Positions 20,798 through 32,712 are shown, numbered from the stretch's first letter. The stretch is 64,000 nucleotides of DNA from Opitutales bacterium (GCA_965226885.1 CBDDEL010000011.1:128001-192000); one strand, 5' to 3'. Notes: generated from the sequence alone by a model not told the origin. Translations and numbers: made by a program.

Positions 20798-21369
20798 TTC
20801 GCAAGACCGCAGAGACGGACATTTCTCTGCGTTTGACCCTCGACGGCAAAGGCCGGTGCGAGGCCGACACGGGGATTCCTTTCCTCGATCACATGTTCAG
20901 TCTTTTTACTAGGCACGGCCTCTTCGATGTCGAATTAAAAGCTCAGGGCGATGTGGAGGTTGATTATCACCACACGGTTGAAGATATAGGTATCGTTCTT
21001 GGACAAGCGGTCAATAAAGCGCTCGGTGGCAAGCTGGGAATTTGCCGTTATGGTTTTTTCTTAATGCCCATGGACGAAACTTTGGCCCTGGTCGCGCTTG
21101 ATCTGGGCGGTCGCCCCGCCCTGGTATATCGGGTAAAAAGCCGGGAGCGGTTGGTGCGGGATTTTAATATCGGGCTGGTGCGCGAGTTTTTTCAGGCCTT
21201 CGCCAATACGGCCAAAGCTAATGTACATATTGAGCTATTGTATGGAGACGAACCGCACCACATAGCGGAGGCTATTTTCAAAGGATTCGCCCGCGCTCTG
21301 GACAAGGCTTCGTCCATTGATCCACGGCAGGCCGGCCAATTGCCTTCCACCAAGGGAACCCTCGATTAG
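20770..21369 (+). CDS. hisB: Imidazoleglycerol-phosphate dehydratase
   Basis: [33 protein letters not shown]. Confidence 0.97.
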   Translation: MDETRSAQVIRKTAETDISLRLTLDGKGRCEADTGIPFLDHMFSLFTRHGLFDVELKAQGDVEVDYHHTVEDIGIVLGQAVNKALGGKLGICRYGFFLMPMDETLALVALDLGGRPALVYRVKSRERLVRDFNIGLVREFFQAFANTAKANVHIELLYGDEPHHIAEAIFKGFARALDKASSIDPRQAGQLPSTKGTLD

Positions 21370-21380
21370 GGGAATATCCG

Positions 21381-22010
21381 ATGATTGCAAATGAAGCGAC
21401 TATCGCCGTTATCGACTACGGCATGGGTAACTTGCGAAGTGTTCAGAATGCCCTCCAAAAAGTGGGGGCAAAGGTGCGCATAATCCGCTCACGAGAGGAA
21501 CTCGGCGAACCCTCCGGATTGGTTCTTCCCGGGGTGGGGGCCTTGCGCGATTGCGTAGATGCTCTCAAGCAAACCGGCTTGGCCGATGCGGTTAAATCCT
21601 GGATAAGCGAAGACCGTCCGTTTCTGGGGGTCTGCCTGGGATTGCAGGCGCTTTTCGAACATTCCGAGGAGGCGGGCGTACGCGGGTTGGGAATTTTTCC
21701 CGGCAAGGTGGTCCGGTTTCAATTAGGCCCGGATTATAAGATTCCCCATATCGGGTGGAATGCGGTATCCTTTGTGCGGGAGGATGCTCTCAATCGCGGC
21801 CTCCAACCCGCCGAAGATCAATTTTATTTTGTGCATAGCTATCATGTTGAGCCGGAAGACGAGGGCCTGGTTTGGGGCCGCACCGATTATGGAGGCCCAT
21901 TTACCAGCTGCATTTCACGAGGCCGTTGTTTTGCCACTCAGTTTCACCCTGAAAAAAGCCAGGCAAAAGGATTGCAAATATACCGAAATTTTCTTCAATT
22001 GGTATCATAG
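21381..22010 (+). CDS. hisH: Imidazole glycerol phosphate synthase glutaminase subunit
   Basis: IDYGMGNL.SV, G.CLG.Q, PHIGWN, QFHPEKS. Confidence 0.97.
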   Translation: MIANEATIAVIDYGMGNLRSVQNALQKVGAKVRIIRSREELGEPSGLVLPGVGALRDCVDALKQTGLADAVKSWISEDRPFLGVCLGLQALFEHSEEAGVRGLGIFPGKVVRFQLGPDYKIPHIGWNAVSFVREDALNRGLQPAEDQFYFVHSYHVEPEDEGLVWGRTDYGGPFTSCISRGRCFATQFHPEKSQAKGLQIYRNFLQLVS

Positions 22011-22021
22011 GCCGCCTGGAC

Positions 22022-22050
22022 TTGCCTTTTGCCTGTAGAGGGTTTATCTT
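22022..22050 (+). promoter_or_regulatory. Candidate sigma70 promoter for gltA
   Basis: TTGCCT-17bp-TATCTT about 50 bp upstream of the ATG. Confidence 0.35.
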
Positions 22051-22101
22051 TGCAGGCATCATTTTTTTTAATCATAGACATTCAATTAATTCAAAAAACT
22101 T

Positions 22102-23394
22102 ATGGAAAATTCCGCTTCTATCAGCATCGGCAGCGATGAATTCGATTTCCCGGTAATTGAGGGCACAGAGGGCGAGCGCGCCATTGACACTCGCACTCTT
22201 CGCCAGCGCACCGGGTATATTACATTCGACGAAGGATACGGCAACACAGGCTCCTGTTTAAGCAAAGTCACTTTTGTTGACGGAGAGAAAGGGGTACTCC
22301 GCTATTGCGGCTACCCCATCGAACAGTTGGCGGAGAAATCCAACTTTCTGGAGATTGCCTATCTGGTTATATACGGCGAATTGCCGAATGCAGACCAGTT
22401 GGGTAATTTCCGGGATAAAATCCTCCTTAACGCCAACCTGCATGTGGGCATGGAACGCCATTTCGAAGGCTTTCCCGGCGGTTCCCATCCTATGGCGGTG
22501 TTATCGGCCATGCTCAATTCCCTAGGTTGTTATTATCCGAAGTTGGCCAGCAACAACCGCCAGCAGGATCTGGAGCAATTCGACAATGCGGCAGCCGTCC
22601 TCATATCCAAAGTGCGCACCATTGCCGCCATGTCTTACCGCACAAAAATGGGTTTGCCCTTCAATTATCCGAACCACGATCTGGGCTATTGCGCCAATTT
22701 CCTGCACATGATGTTTTCAGAACCCTACAAACCACACACGGTTTTACCGGAAGTCGATCGCGCGCTCAATCTCTTCCTTCTTTTGCACGCCGACCATGAG
22801 CAAAATTGCAGCACTTCCACCGTGCGCATGGTGGCTTCGGGTGGGGCCAACCTGTTTGCTTCCGCAGCCTCCGGGGTGTGCGCCCTTTGGGGTCCGCTGC
22901 ACGGTGGGGCCAATGTGGCGGTTATTAAAATGCTGGAGGAAATTCAAAAAACAGGCGACGACGGCAGCAGATTTCTCGACGAAGTAAAAGACGGCAAAAA
23001 GAAACTCATGGGCTTCGGCCACCGGGTTTACAAAAACTTCGATCCCAGGGCTAAAATTCTGGCCGAGGCGGAAGGAACATTGTTCAAGAGACTGGGCCCC
23101 CAGGATCCCCTGCTCGATATCGCCCGGCACCTGGCTGATGCCGCCCGCAACGAGGATTACTTTATCGAGCGCAAGCTCTATCCAAACGTCGATTTTTACA
23201 GCGGCATTATCCTTAAAGCCATCGGCATACCGCGGGACATGTTCACGGTAATGTTTGCCATCGGGCGGATGCCGGGATGGATCGCCCACTGGAAAGAGTT
23301 GGCTGAGAATCCCCAAGGCCGCATCCACCGCCCGCGCCAGATATACACTGGTTCAGAACCGCGAGACTTCCTGCCCATTGAGCAAAGAGGTTGA
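22102..23394 (+). CDS. gltA: Citrate synthase
   Basis: [43 protein letters not shown]. Confidence 0.97.
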   Translation: MENSASISIGSDEFDFPVIEGTEGERAIDTRTLRQRTGYITFDEGYGNTGSCLSKVTFVDGEKGVLRYCGYPIEQLAEKSNFLEIAYLVIYGELPNADQLGNFRDKILLNANLHVGMERHFEGFPGGSHPMAVLSAMLNSLGCYYPKLASNNRQQDLEQFDNAAAVLISKVRTIAAMSYRTKMGLPFNYPNHDLGYCANFLHMMFSEPYKPHTVLPEVDRALNLFLLLHADHEQNCSTSTVRMVASGGANLFASAASGVCALWGPLHGGANVAVIKMLEEIQKTGDDGSRFLDEVKDGKKKLMGFGHRVYKNFDPRAKILAEAEGTLFKRLGPQDPLLDIARHLADAARNEDYFIERKLYPNVDFYSGIILKAIGIPRDMFTVMFAIGRMPGWIAHWKELAENPQGRIHRPRQIYTGSEPRDFLPIEQRG

Positions 23395-23416
23395 TGCACC
23401 TCATTTCAATCAATGG

Positions 23417-24007
23417 ATGAACTCCGGCTTTGAAGGCTGCCCGTCCGGCGAGACGGTTTTCCGCCCTTTAACAGCTGAGAGTTGGGATGATTTTGAGGCG
23501 CTTTTCGGGGAGCGGGGCGCCTGTGCCGGATGCTGGTGTATGTATTGGCGGCAAACCCAAAAAGAATTTGAGCGATTGCAAGGCTCATCCAATCGGCAGG
23601 CCATGCGGAAAATCGTTCAATCGGGCAAAAATCCGGGTATCATCGCTTATGTCGATGGGCAGCCGGCAGGGTGGTGCGCCCTCGCACCACGCGAGATTTT
23701 CAGCCGCCTGGCTCGTTCCCGAATCCTCAAACCGGTGGATGATTCGCCCGTTTGGTCGGCGCCCTGTTTTTTCGTGGACAAATAATTCCGCAGAAAGGGC
23801 CTGACGGTTCAGCTTCTCAATGCCGCGGCCAAGTTCGTTAAGGAACAGGGTGGAACAATTTTGGAAGGCTACCCCGTGGAGCCGAAAAAAGACCCCATGC
23901 CGCCGGTTTTCGCCTATACCGGTCTGGCCTCGGCTTTCCTTCAGGCCGGTTTCACCGAATGCGTCCGCCGCTCCCCAACCCGGCCCGTCATGCGGCGTTA
24001 TTTATGA
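23417..24007 (+). pseudogene. GNAT-family acetyltransferase with in-frame nonsense codon (TAA 23783-23785)
   Basis: CWCMYWR...WSAPCFFVDK*FRRKGLTVQLL...EGYPV...AYTG; frame continues past the stop to TGA at 24005-24007. Confidence 0.85.
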
Positions 24008-24036
24008 CCGGGCTCCGGGGCCTGAATAATATTCGA

Positions 24037-25281
24037 TCAGACAAACGTCAGCGGTGGAAATTTTCTTCCCAGAATGGGCTCCGAGGGACAATCGAGCCAG
24101 TTTTCCAGCACGGTGGCGTAAACCTGCCGGAAATCGGTTGTGTGTTTGAGGTCCTGACCTTTCCCGACATTTAGATCGGGCGGGGCGCCAAGGAGATTGT
24201 TTTTTAATTTCGAACCCATCACAAACAGAGGCGCCGCTGTGCCGTGATCCGTTCCCCCGCCATTATTTTCCGCTGGACGTCGTCCGAATTCGGAAAATGT
24301 CATGGTCAGCACCTGATCTTCCAGTCCGTGAGCCTTGAGATCGTTTTGGAATGCCAGCAGAGCCCCTGACAGTTCTTCCAGCAACCTCTTTTGGGTCTGC
24401 AATTGGTTGGCGTGAGTGTCGTAACCGGTTTGAGATGTGAAATAAACCCGTGTTTGCAGGCCAGAGGCGATCATGGAAGCGATTCCGCGCAAAGAAGCCG
24501 CGAGGCGGGTAGGGGGGTAATCGGCTTGCGCCCGGTAGTGGGCCGCCATGGACTGGACATGCTTTTCCGTTGCCAGCGCATTCATTAGAGTATGGTTTAA
24601 AAACCCGGCATTCTCGTTTTGGGCGGGAGCATGAGCCAGGGTTTCCAACAACTCCCGATCAGCCTTCATCTTTTTGCCGCGATTCAGTTGGCGAACCCCG
24701 AATAGGTTGTGCGGGTTTTCGGTTAAAAACGACGGGGGCGTTTCTCCTCCTACATGCACTCCCACCGGATCGGATTCATCCGGGTGACCGAGACAATTAT
24801 TATCGAAATACCGGCCCATCCAGCCGCTGGACAGAAATTCATTGCTGTCGCTGGCTGTCTCCCAAATTTCGGAAGAGCGAAAGTGGCTCCGATTGGGATT
24901 GGGGTAACCGACATTTTGTATGATCCCGAGCTTTCCCTGTGCATAAAGTTCCGCCAATTCGCGACAGGCCGGATGAAACCCAAGCTGTTCTTCAATCTGG
25001 ATTACCTCCGATTTCTTCAAGGCCAACCGCGGCCGCAGCCGATAGTAGCGGTCATCCTGAAAAGGCACAAGTGTGTTGAGGCCGTCATTGCCTCCCGCCA
25101 GTTGGATGAGCACGAAGATTGTCCGATCCTTTTCCGGAGCGGGAGCTCCCGCCAGGGCGGAGCCGGTCAGAAAAGCGGGCGCGTAATGACTGTATGCGAG
25201 CAGGCCGATGCCGCGGGCGCCGGCGGTCAAAAAATCCCGGCGGGTGGCTGGAAAATCGAATTTGTATCGAATCGGATTCAT
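24037..25281 (-). CDS. DUF1501 family protein (Tat-like TRRDFL leader)
   Basis: IQLAGGNDGLNT, NRSHF, GYDTH, FSEFGRR, GTDHG, DFRQVY. Confidence 0.88.
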   Translation of the reverse strand: MNPIRYKFDFPATRRDFLTAGARGIGLLAYSHYAPAFLTGSALAGAPAPEKDRTIFVLIQLAGGNDGLNTLVPFQDDRYYRLRPRLALKKSEVIQIEEQLGFHPACRELAELYAQGKLGIIQNVGYPNPNRSHFRSSEIWETASDSNEFLSSGWMGRYFDNNCLGHPDESDPVGVHVGGETPPSFLTENPHNLFGVRQLNRGKKMKADRELLETLAHAPAQNENAGFLNHTLMNALATEKHVQSMAAHYRAQADYPPTRLAASLRGIASMIASGLQTRVYFTSQTGYDTHANQLQTQKRLLEELSGALLAFQNDLKAHGLEDQVLTMTFSEFGRRPAENNGGGTDHGTAAPLFVMGSKLKNNLLGAPPDLNVGKGQDLKHTTDFRQVYATVLENWLDCPSEPILGRKFPPLTFV

Positions 25282-26772
25282 GGTTCCTTTCCTAGCAGAG
25301 TTGGTATTGGGGCGATTGCAAAAGGGCGATGAGAATATTTCGGATGTTCCAGCTTCGGTTGCCCCGACTATTCTGAAGATATTTTAATAAAACCGACTGG
25401 ATATGTCTATGGCTGGAGCCTGCGAGAAGGTATTTTGTCAAATGATCGATCATCTCCTCATCCTCCAATGCTGCCACACGGTTAATTTTTTCTTCACTAA
25501 TGCTGAGGCTCCACTCTGAATTGAAACTGTCTTTCCGCAAACGATTAACTTCATCCGCATTGAGAGATTCTTCCCTCATGGGAAAAAAGAGGGTCTCCGC
25601 CAATTGCTGACGGGCCGCTAGGGTGGAGGAGTTGATCCACGATTTGCCGCCCACCCAGCCCCGAACATTGGGAGGCGCATAGAACGGCTGCCCCATGTTA
25701 CGCAGCGCATTCATAACGATCCTGGGCAATGGCGCTACCTCCAGATTCAAATCCTGCAGCAAGCCCAGATAATAATGGGTCGGACTTTTAATCATGTTTC
25801 CGCGAAATTGAGGATGATAGAAAAGTTTGCTCGTAAAAACTCTCCGCAAAAGAAACCCCATATTAAAGTCGTTATGCCTCCATTCAATGCCCAATAGTTG
25901 CCCATAGGCCGGCTCCAGCCCTATATCGGAGGACAGGTAAAAGCGCAGGAATTCACTCGGCAAAAAAATTTGGGCGTTCGATTGCTCGAAAATCAGGTCG
26001 ATGACCTCGTCACCGTTAAAAAGGCCGTTATGTCCGAAAATTGTTTTTCTTCCGCCATCATGCAGGCGAGGGATAAATCGATATTCATAACCGTTCGTGC
26101 GGTATCCGGTAAAAGCTCGCGCCGCCTCCTTGATATCGTCCTCGCTATATTTCCCCTCTCCCAAGGTAAAAAGTTCTAATAGCTCGCGGGCAAAGTTTTC
26201 ATTCGGGTTCCCGATCCGGCTTTTTTGCAAGTCCAGATATTGGATCATAGCCGGAGAACGACTGACTTTTTTGCAGAGTTCGGCATAACCGCTGGTGGCG
26301 TTTTCCCGCAAAGTTTCTTGATGAAGGAAAAGCAGGTATGGATTCCTTACCTTGGGCAAACCCGCCACGAAGACATCCTGCAGAAACATAACCAGTTTTT
26401 CATAGGGTGAATTGTTCGGTTTTCGCGTATGCCGGAGCCATTCAATGCCGTAGTCGAGGTAAACTTCCTGGCCTTCCCTGCGCAAGTTTCGGTAAATTTT
26501 ACGGCGTTTTTCCTTTGGCAGTTGCCGCATATTTTGAAATACTTCCAGATTGTCCCGGGCGAATATACTTACGCTGTTGGGAATAGGCATGGAGTGAGGC
26601 CGGCTGAAATACTTATCGATTGTGGCAGACAGCCCCAGATTGACCGCCTCATCCACGCTTCGGGGAGTCGCTGAGAAGCCGATGCGACCAAGCAGGTGTG
26701 TAAACGCCGGGGAAAAACCGGTACGGTAAAGAGGGCGCTTTAAAACCGGTACGCTTATCCTAGAAAGGAGGA

Positions 26773-28280
26773 GTGTATCGAGATATGAAGCAATGGACAA
26801 GAGTGCGGCACAAAGTGCTGCGGGACAAGCAGAGCAAGCGCTCTGTAATGCGAGAAGAGGGACTGCACTGGGAGACCCTGGGAAAGATGCTGGCCTATTC
26901 CCAGCCGCCGGGATACCGGCGCAAGAAGAGGCGAGAGCGCAAGATCGATCCGTATGTGGGCTGGATCGAGGAGGTGCTCAAAGCGGACCGGAACGTGCCC
27001 AAGAAGCAGCGCCATACGGCCAAACGGATCTACCAGCGTTTGGGTCGGGAGAAGGGCTACCAAGGGGGCTACACGGCGGTCAAGGAGGTGGTGGCCGAGC
27101 TGCGCGAGCGAGGCGGCGGGAGGTGTTCGTGCCGCTGGAGCACCGCCCCGGGGAGGGACAGGTGGACTTCGGTCATGCCCTGGTGAAGGAGGCGGGGCAA
27201 TTGCGTAGGCGGCCATTTTTTGCCATGAGCCTGCCCTACAGCGATGCCTTTTTCGTGCAGGTGTTCGAACGGGAGTGCACGGAGAGCTTCTGGGAGGGGC
27301 CCCTGCGAGCTTTTGAGTTTTTCGGGGCGGTGCCCCGGCGCATCAGCTATGACAACTCGAAGGTGGCGGTGGGTAAGATTATCGGTTCGCGTGAACGCAA
27401 GCTGACCGACGGGTTTCTGCAGCTACAGAGCCATTACCTGTTCGAGGAACACTTCTGTCTGCCCGCCCGGCCCAACGAGAAGGGCGTGGTCGAGGGGATC
27501 GTGCGTTATGCCCGGGCCAACTTCCTGGTACCGGTACCGCAGGTTCGGGACCTGGAGGAACTCAACGCAAAGCTGTTGGAGGCATGTGAGCGGGACATGG
27601 AGCGTAAATTACGCGGGAAAAGGGCGGTGAAAAAGGAACTGCTGGCCGAGGAGCGCGCCGTCATGCTGGCGTTGCCGCCCATACCCTTTGAAGCGAGCCG
27701 CAAACGCTCGACCTGCGTCAGCAGCCTCTCGCTGGTGCGCTTCGAGTGCAACGACTATTCGGTGCCGGTGCGCTGCGCCCACCATCCGGTGGTGGTGGAA
27801 GGGTCCTGTCGGCAGGTGGTGATCTTCTGTGGGGGCCAAGAGGTGGCCCGGCACCGCCGCATTTGGGATAAAGAGCAAGTCTCTTTCGAGCCGGTGCACT
27901 ACCTGGCTTTGCTGGAGAAAAAACCGGGCGCTTTGGACTTCGCCCGCCCACTCTCGGGCTGGCAGTTGCCGCAGTGCCTGCAGGTCCTCAGACGCCGGCT
28001 CGAAAGCCAATGCGGGGGCGAAGGCACCCGGGAGTATATCCGGGTGCTGCGGCTGTTGGAGAAACACCCCATGGCGGCCTTGCAGCAGGCCGTCGTCTCG
28101 GCCCTGCGGGTGGGGGGACTGACTCGTGAGGCCATCGCCCAGTATCTCTATCCTCAGGAAGACTACGGGAGCAGAACCTTCCGGCTGGACGGCCATCCAC
28201 ACCTGCGTCACGTCCGTGTGGCCGCCCCTGACCTCGGTGCCTACAGCGAACTGCTCAAGATTCCAGGAGGGGCTTTATGA
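26773..28280 (+). pseudogene. istA: IstA transposase, frameshifted by a 2-bp insertion near 27103
   Basis: CTGCGCGAGCG versus CTGCGAGCG in intact copy 2; DDE motifs QVDFG, YDN, EKGVVE. Confidence 0.88.
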
Positions 28281-29044
28281 AGGAAGAAAAAAACCAGCTG
28301 CTGTTACACCATCACCTCAAGAAACTGAAGTTGCCCACCATCCTGCGCGAATGGCCGGCGGTGGCCGCGGCTTGTTCCCGGGACCGGCTCGATTACGCCG
28401 CCTTTTTGTTGCATCTGGTCGAACGGGAGCTCATTGAACGCGAACAGCGGGCCGCCCAGCGGCGGATCAAAAACGCCCGTTTCCCCGTGCTCAAGACCCT
28501 CGAGAGCTTCGCCTTTGAAGCGCAGCCCTCGATCAACGAAGCGCTCATCCGAGAGCTCATGCGTGGGGAGTATGTCGACCAGCGCGAAAACGTGCTGCTC
28601 CTCGGTAACGCCGGTACCGGTAAAACGCACCTGGCCACCGCCCTGGGCTTTGCCGCCTGTGCCCAGGGCCGGCGGATCCGTTTCTTCGGGGTCACCGCCC
28701 TGGTTACCCATATGCTCGAGCAACGCGACAACCACGACCTGCAGCGCTTCATGAAGCAACTCGAAAGGCTCGACCTACTCATCCTCGACGAACTCGGTTA
28801 CGTCCCTTTTTCCAAGACCGGTTCCGAACTGCTCTTCGACGTGGTCAGCCGCGCTTACGAGCGCACCAGTCTCATCGTCACCACCAACCTGCCCTTTGAG
28901 AACTGGATCGAAGTGCTCGGTTCCGAACGGCTCACCGGAGCTCTGCTGGACCGACTCACCCATCGGGTGCATATCCTCGAAGCCAACGGGCAAAGCTACC
29001 GCTTGCGCGATGCTCGACGCCGTCGCCGTGGCACAAAACAATAA
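28277..29044 (+). CDS. istB: IstB ATPase
   Basis: Walker A GNAGTGKT, LILDELGY, TTNL, LDRL.H. Confidence 0.95.
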   Translation: MKEEKNQLLLHHHLKKLKLPTILREWPAVAAACSRDRLDYAAFLLHLVERELIEREQRAAQRRIKNARFPVLKTLESFAFEAQPSINEALIRELMRGEYVDQRENVLLLGNAGTGKTHLATALGFAACAQGRRIRFFGVTALVTHMLEQRDNHDLQRFMKQLERLDLLILDELGYVPFSKTGSELLFDVVSRAYERTSLIVTTNLPFENWIEVLGSERLTGALLDRLTHRVHILEANGQSYRLRDARRRRRGTKQ

Positions 29045-29385
29045 ACGCCTTGGGCCCGGCTCGTCGGCCTCCGGCCTCCTCACCGACCCCAAGCCAATCC
29101 CCAAAACCAACTCCCAAACCCTAAACCTTGACGTACCTGCAATTACTAACCTAAACCTTATTCCAAGCGTACCGGTTTTACCCCGACCCCCGTACCGGTT
29201 TCATCCCGGCGTTTACACAGGTGCCTGGCTTTATTCACGTCCCACTCCGATTCGGGTAAGGACGACCAGGCTTCGGATGGCTTTAATTCATCATAATAGT
29301 GCATCGTTCTCTCGTCCTCGCTCGGTTGCAACCGGTTTAAACCACCAATGCCGGGCAAAGTTTCGCCGTAGTTGCCCAAGGATGA

Positions 29386-30537
29386 TCAGGTAGCGGAATC
29401 GGTGCGGTAAATCCGGGGCACCCTCTTGGTGATCGAACAATACACTTCCCAGGGTATTTGACCGGCCCATTGGGAAAATTCCCTAACGTCAATATTGGAA
29501 CCTTCCTGGTGATCGATAAAAGTGACTTGTTCTACTTGTTCTCCGGGTTGGATTTCTGGAAGCGAGGTAACGTCGATGACTGTTTGGTCCATTGTAACGC
29601 GACCTAAAATCGGACACCTGAGCCCCTTCACCAAAACCATTCCCTTATTGCTGGCACTGATCGTTAAACCATCCCCGTAACCGGCCGTGACGACTGCCAG
29701 GCGTGACTTTTTTTTCAATACATGAGTGCGCCCGTAACTAATCCCCGTTCCCGCAGGAATCGTTCTGACCAATCCCACTCGACTGTGGAAACTCAAAATC
29801 GGTTCAACCGTTACCTCTGTCAGTAAAGAGCGTTCATAGGGGTGCAGTCCGAATTGCAAGAGGCCAATTCTAACGGCATTAAATGAGCTTCCATGCATAA
29901 ACGATTCGAGGGCCGCGCTGTTGTCGGCATGGATAAGCATTTTCGACCGGTCGAGGCCGGGAAGCATGTCCAACGATTTTAAAAATAAATTTCGCTGATG
30001 ATCGGTAAACTTTTGGTCGCTATCCGCGCTTGGAAAATGGGTAAAAATTCCTTCCAACCTGAGATGAGGATTTTTAATAATCTTTTCATAAAGGGCCGGG
30101 GCTTCATCGTGCCAAACCCCCAGCCGTCCCATGCCGGTGTCTATTTTTAAATGCACCGGGATGGATTTGGCGGCCTCTTTTCCGATCCGGGAAAATCGCT
30201 CTACCTCTCCCGCCGTGGAGATTGTGGCAATAACGTTGTATGCGGCCAGGTAACGGTCCTCAGCGGGCAGGATGGCGCTCAACAGAAGAATGGGCCAGCC
30301 GGAACCGATTTCCAGAATCTCAGCCGCTTCTGCCATATTGGCCACGGCGAACATATCTGCCCCACTGCGCATCAGGCGCGACACCGTTTGGGCCATGCCA
30401 TGCCCGTAGGCATCGGCTTTTACCACCGCCATGTATTTTATGCCCTCCGGCAGGGCGGCCCGGATGCGCTTAATGTTCCGCTCCAGGGTAGCGAGGTCGA
30501 TCTCGGCCCAGCATCGATATGGTGAGTCTAAGGGCAA
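29386..30537 (-). CDS. alr: Alanine racemase
   Basis: AVVKADAYGHG, HLKIDTGMGRLG, GYGDG, GRVTMDQ. Confidence 0.95.
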   Translation of the reverse strand: MPLDSPYRCWAEIDLATLERNIKRIRAALPEGIKYMAVVKADAYGHGMAQTVSRLMRSGADMFAVANMAEAAEILEIGSGWPILLLSAILPAEDRYLAAYNVIATISTAGEVERFSRIGKEAAKSIPVHLKIDTGMGRLGVWHDEAPALYEKIIKNPHLRLEGIFTHFPSADSDQKFTDHQRNLFLKSLDMLPGLDRSKMLIHADNSAALESFMHGSSFNAVRIGLLQFGLHPYERSLLTEVTVEPILSFHSRVGLVRTIPAGTGISYGRTHVLKKKSRLAVVTAGYGDGLTISASNKGMVLVKGLRCPILGRVTMDQTVIDVTSLPEIQPGEQVEQVTFIDHQEGSNIDVREFSQWAGQIPWEVYCSITKRVPRIYRTDSAT

Positions 30538-30565
30538 TTTTTTAGGCTCCTTTTTTATTCAATTA

Positions 30566-31234
30566 TTAGCGGTGTCGCTTTGCCGACCACTTGACATATT
30601 TGTTAGGGTGAGTCCGGTAAACTTTGGGAGTATCCGTCAATTGCAAAATTTCCTCGCGGTCCATCAGTCGTGGGATTTCCTCGATATTATAAGGGTAACT
30701 TTTGACATTGCCAGGTGGAGTTTTCTTTTGCCGGCCCATAGGGATATGAAATACCGGTTCCCTCAAATCCTCGATTTTTTCACTGGTAACAGTTTCCAAT
30801 TTTCCCGGCCAATTATCTGCGGTTAAGGAAAGGAGGTTCCATAGATCCCTGCCGCTTTCGGCGATGCAATGAAAGGGCAATTCGAGGTTTTCCTGCATTT
30901 GAATCAAGCTGGCTATGGCGGGTAGGCTTCTGTAGGTGAGGATGGGCGTAGATTTGTGAGTGGGAAGAGATCTCCAACCTTGCAGGGCCATGGCGGCAAG
31001 GCGGATTCCGAGCACCGATCCGGGGCCTTCGCAATAAAGAAAACCATCGACCTGTTCTAACTCCATGCCCGCTTCTTGTAGACAGCTTGAAACACCCTCA
31101 AAGAGCGTCTCAAGGGTATCCCCCGGGATGCGCTGAAAGGATAACCATTGGCCGCCTTGCAGCAGCCCCGTCTGGGATTCCAATGCGCTGGCGTCGAGCA
31201 GCAGAAGCGTTTGATGGCGCCGGGTAATTGGCAT
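30566..31234 (-). CDS. tsaB: tRNA threonylcarbamoyladenosine biosynthesis protein TsaB-like
   Basis: LLLDAS N-terminus; GPGSVLGIR variant of GPGSFTGIR. Confidence 0.7.
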   Translation of the reverse strand: MPITRRHQTLLLLDASALESQTGLLQGGQWLSFQRIPGDTLETLFEGVSSCLQEAGMELEQVDGFLYCEGPGSVLGIRLAAMALQGWRSLPTHKSTPILTYRSLPAIASLIQMQENLELPFHCIAESGRDLWNLLSLTADNWPGKLETVTSEKIEDLREPVFHIPMGRQKKTPPGNVKSYPYNIEEIPRLMDREEILQLTDTPKVYRTHPNKYVKWSAKRHR

Positions 31235-31266
31235 GGGAAGTCAGGCGGAACCCGGGAGTATTCCCT

Positions 31267-32712
31267 TTAGAGATATTGGCGGCGCAAGTTGGTGGGTAGG
31301 ATACCCAGTTCTTCGCGATACTTGGCCACGGTTCGCCGGGCGATTTTGACATCTCGCTCTTTCAAAATATTGACGATATTCTGATCGCTGTACGGTTTGC
31401 TCCGGTTTTCCGTTTCAATGATTTTTGCAATGAGCCCCTTGACTGTTGTGTTGGCTACCGATTTACCGGTTTCGTTGGTGTAGCCAGTGGTGAAAAAATA
31501 TTTGAATTCGAAGACGCCATGGGGAGTGTCTATGTATTTGTTGGACATGGCGCGGCTCACAGTGGTTTCGTGAACGCCTACCTCGTCGGCCACTTGGCTC
31601 ATCGTCAATGGGCGTAAAAAGGACACTCCTTTTTCAAAGAAATCGCACTGCATGCGAAGTATTTCCCGTGTTATGCGCTCAATGGTCTGCTGACGCTGCT
31701 CGATAGAGCTAATGAGAAATTTTCCCGAACGAATTTTCTCCCGGATGTAATCCCGTTCCTGAGGTGACAGTTTTCCCTTGGCCAACATATCCTTATAGGT
31801 TCCGCTCAAGAAAAGTCTTGGTATGTATTCATTATTCAGACTGATTTTCCAATTGTCGCCGTCCTTTTCAACTTTTACATCGGGTTGGACAACGCGGTTG
31901 GTGTCCTCTCCAAATTCCCGGCCGGACGCCGGATCCAGCAGGGAAATTTCCGTAATCAACTTTTGAACTTCCTCAATGCTGACGCCGGTTTTACGGGCAA
32001 TATCGGGAATGCGGCGTCGCAGCAGCAGATTAAAATGTTTTTTTATTAATGCCGCCTCCGGGCTTTTCCCTTTGCCTTTCAGCTTGAGTTGGGTAATCAG
32101 GCAATCCTGCAAGTCCGTGCTGCCAATGCCTGCCGGATCGAGGTTTTTAAGCAGCTTGTGCGCTTCCTGCACAGTTTTCAGGGGCAATTGCGACATCAAT
32201 GCGATATCGGAAAGGCTAGAGGTGAGGAAACCCCGGTTATCGAGACTTCCGATCAGGTATTCTATGGCTTTAATGATTTTTGGATTCGAATCAGCCAATT
32301 CAGCCTGTCGCATAAGATGCTCTTGCAAAGAGGTTTCGCTGGTCAGAGAATCGAAGAAGTATTGCCGTCGATCGGCGGCTTCACGAGAGTAGCTGGCATT
32401 TCCATTTTCCAGCTCATAGTTTTCCTTCGAAACCTCGTCGATTTGGGCCAGCACCTTGAAATCGTCACCGAATTCAAGTTCCTTTCTACGGTCTTCTTTC
32501 GCCGAGTCATCTTGGCCGTTCCTCTTTTCTTCGCCGCTTGCATCGGCCATGGGAAGTTCTTCCAAAGCCGGATTGGTTTGCAGTTCTTCCAGGATGGTAT
32601 TTCGCAGTTCCAGGGCCGGTACCTGCAGAATTTTTAAGGATTGCCGAAGCTGCGGCGCCAGCACGAGCGTCTGGGTTTGCTTTTGAACTTGCTGCAATCC
32701 TTGGAAAATCAT
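31267..32712 (-). CDS. rpoN: RNA polymerase sigma-54 factor
   Basis: Gln-rich region I, HETTVSRA HTH, RpoN box ARRTVAKYRE. Confidence 0.97.
   Translation of the reverse strand: MIFQGLQQVQKQTQTLVLAPQLRQSLKILQVPALELRNTILEELQTNPALEELPMADASGEEKRNGQDDSAKEDRRKELEFGDDFKVLAQIDEVSKENYELENGNASYSREAADRRQYFFDSLTSETSLQEHLMRQAELADSNPKIIKAIEYLIGSLDNRGFLTSSLSDIALMSQLPLKTVQEAHKLLKNLDPAGIGSTDLQDCLITQLKLKGKGKSPEAALIKKHFNLLLRRRIPDIARKTGVSIEEVQKLITEISLLDPASGREFGEDTNRVVQPDVKVEKDGDNWKISLNNEYIPRLFLSGTYKDMLAKGKLSPQERDYIREKIRSGKFLISSIEQRQQTIERITREILRMQCDFFEKGVSFLRPLTMSQVADEVGVHETTVSRAMSNKYIDTPHGVFEFKYFFTTGYTNETGKSVANTTVKGLIAKIIETENRSKPYSDQNIVNILKERDVKIARRTVAKYREELGILPTNLRRQYL

Larger units (their letters stand above)
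26699..29217 (+). mobile_element. IS21-family element, copy 1 (2519 bp), 6-bp TSD CAGGTG
   Basis: TGTAAACGCCGGG...CCCGGCGTTTACA ends; repeated AAACCGGTACG subterminal motifs; CAGGTG at 26693-26698 and 29218-29223. Confidence 0.95.
25292..29304 (-). pseudogene. DUF1800 family protein interrupted by IS21 after codon ~29
   Basis: 5' part 29218-29304 (MHYYD...WDVNKARHL) joins in frame to LGRIGFSATP once the IS and one TSD copy are removed; NENFARELLELFTLG, AARAFTG, PPNVRGW. Confidence 0.88.
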
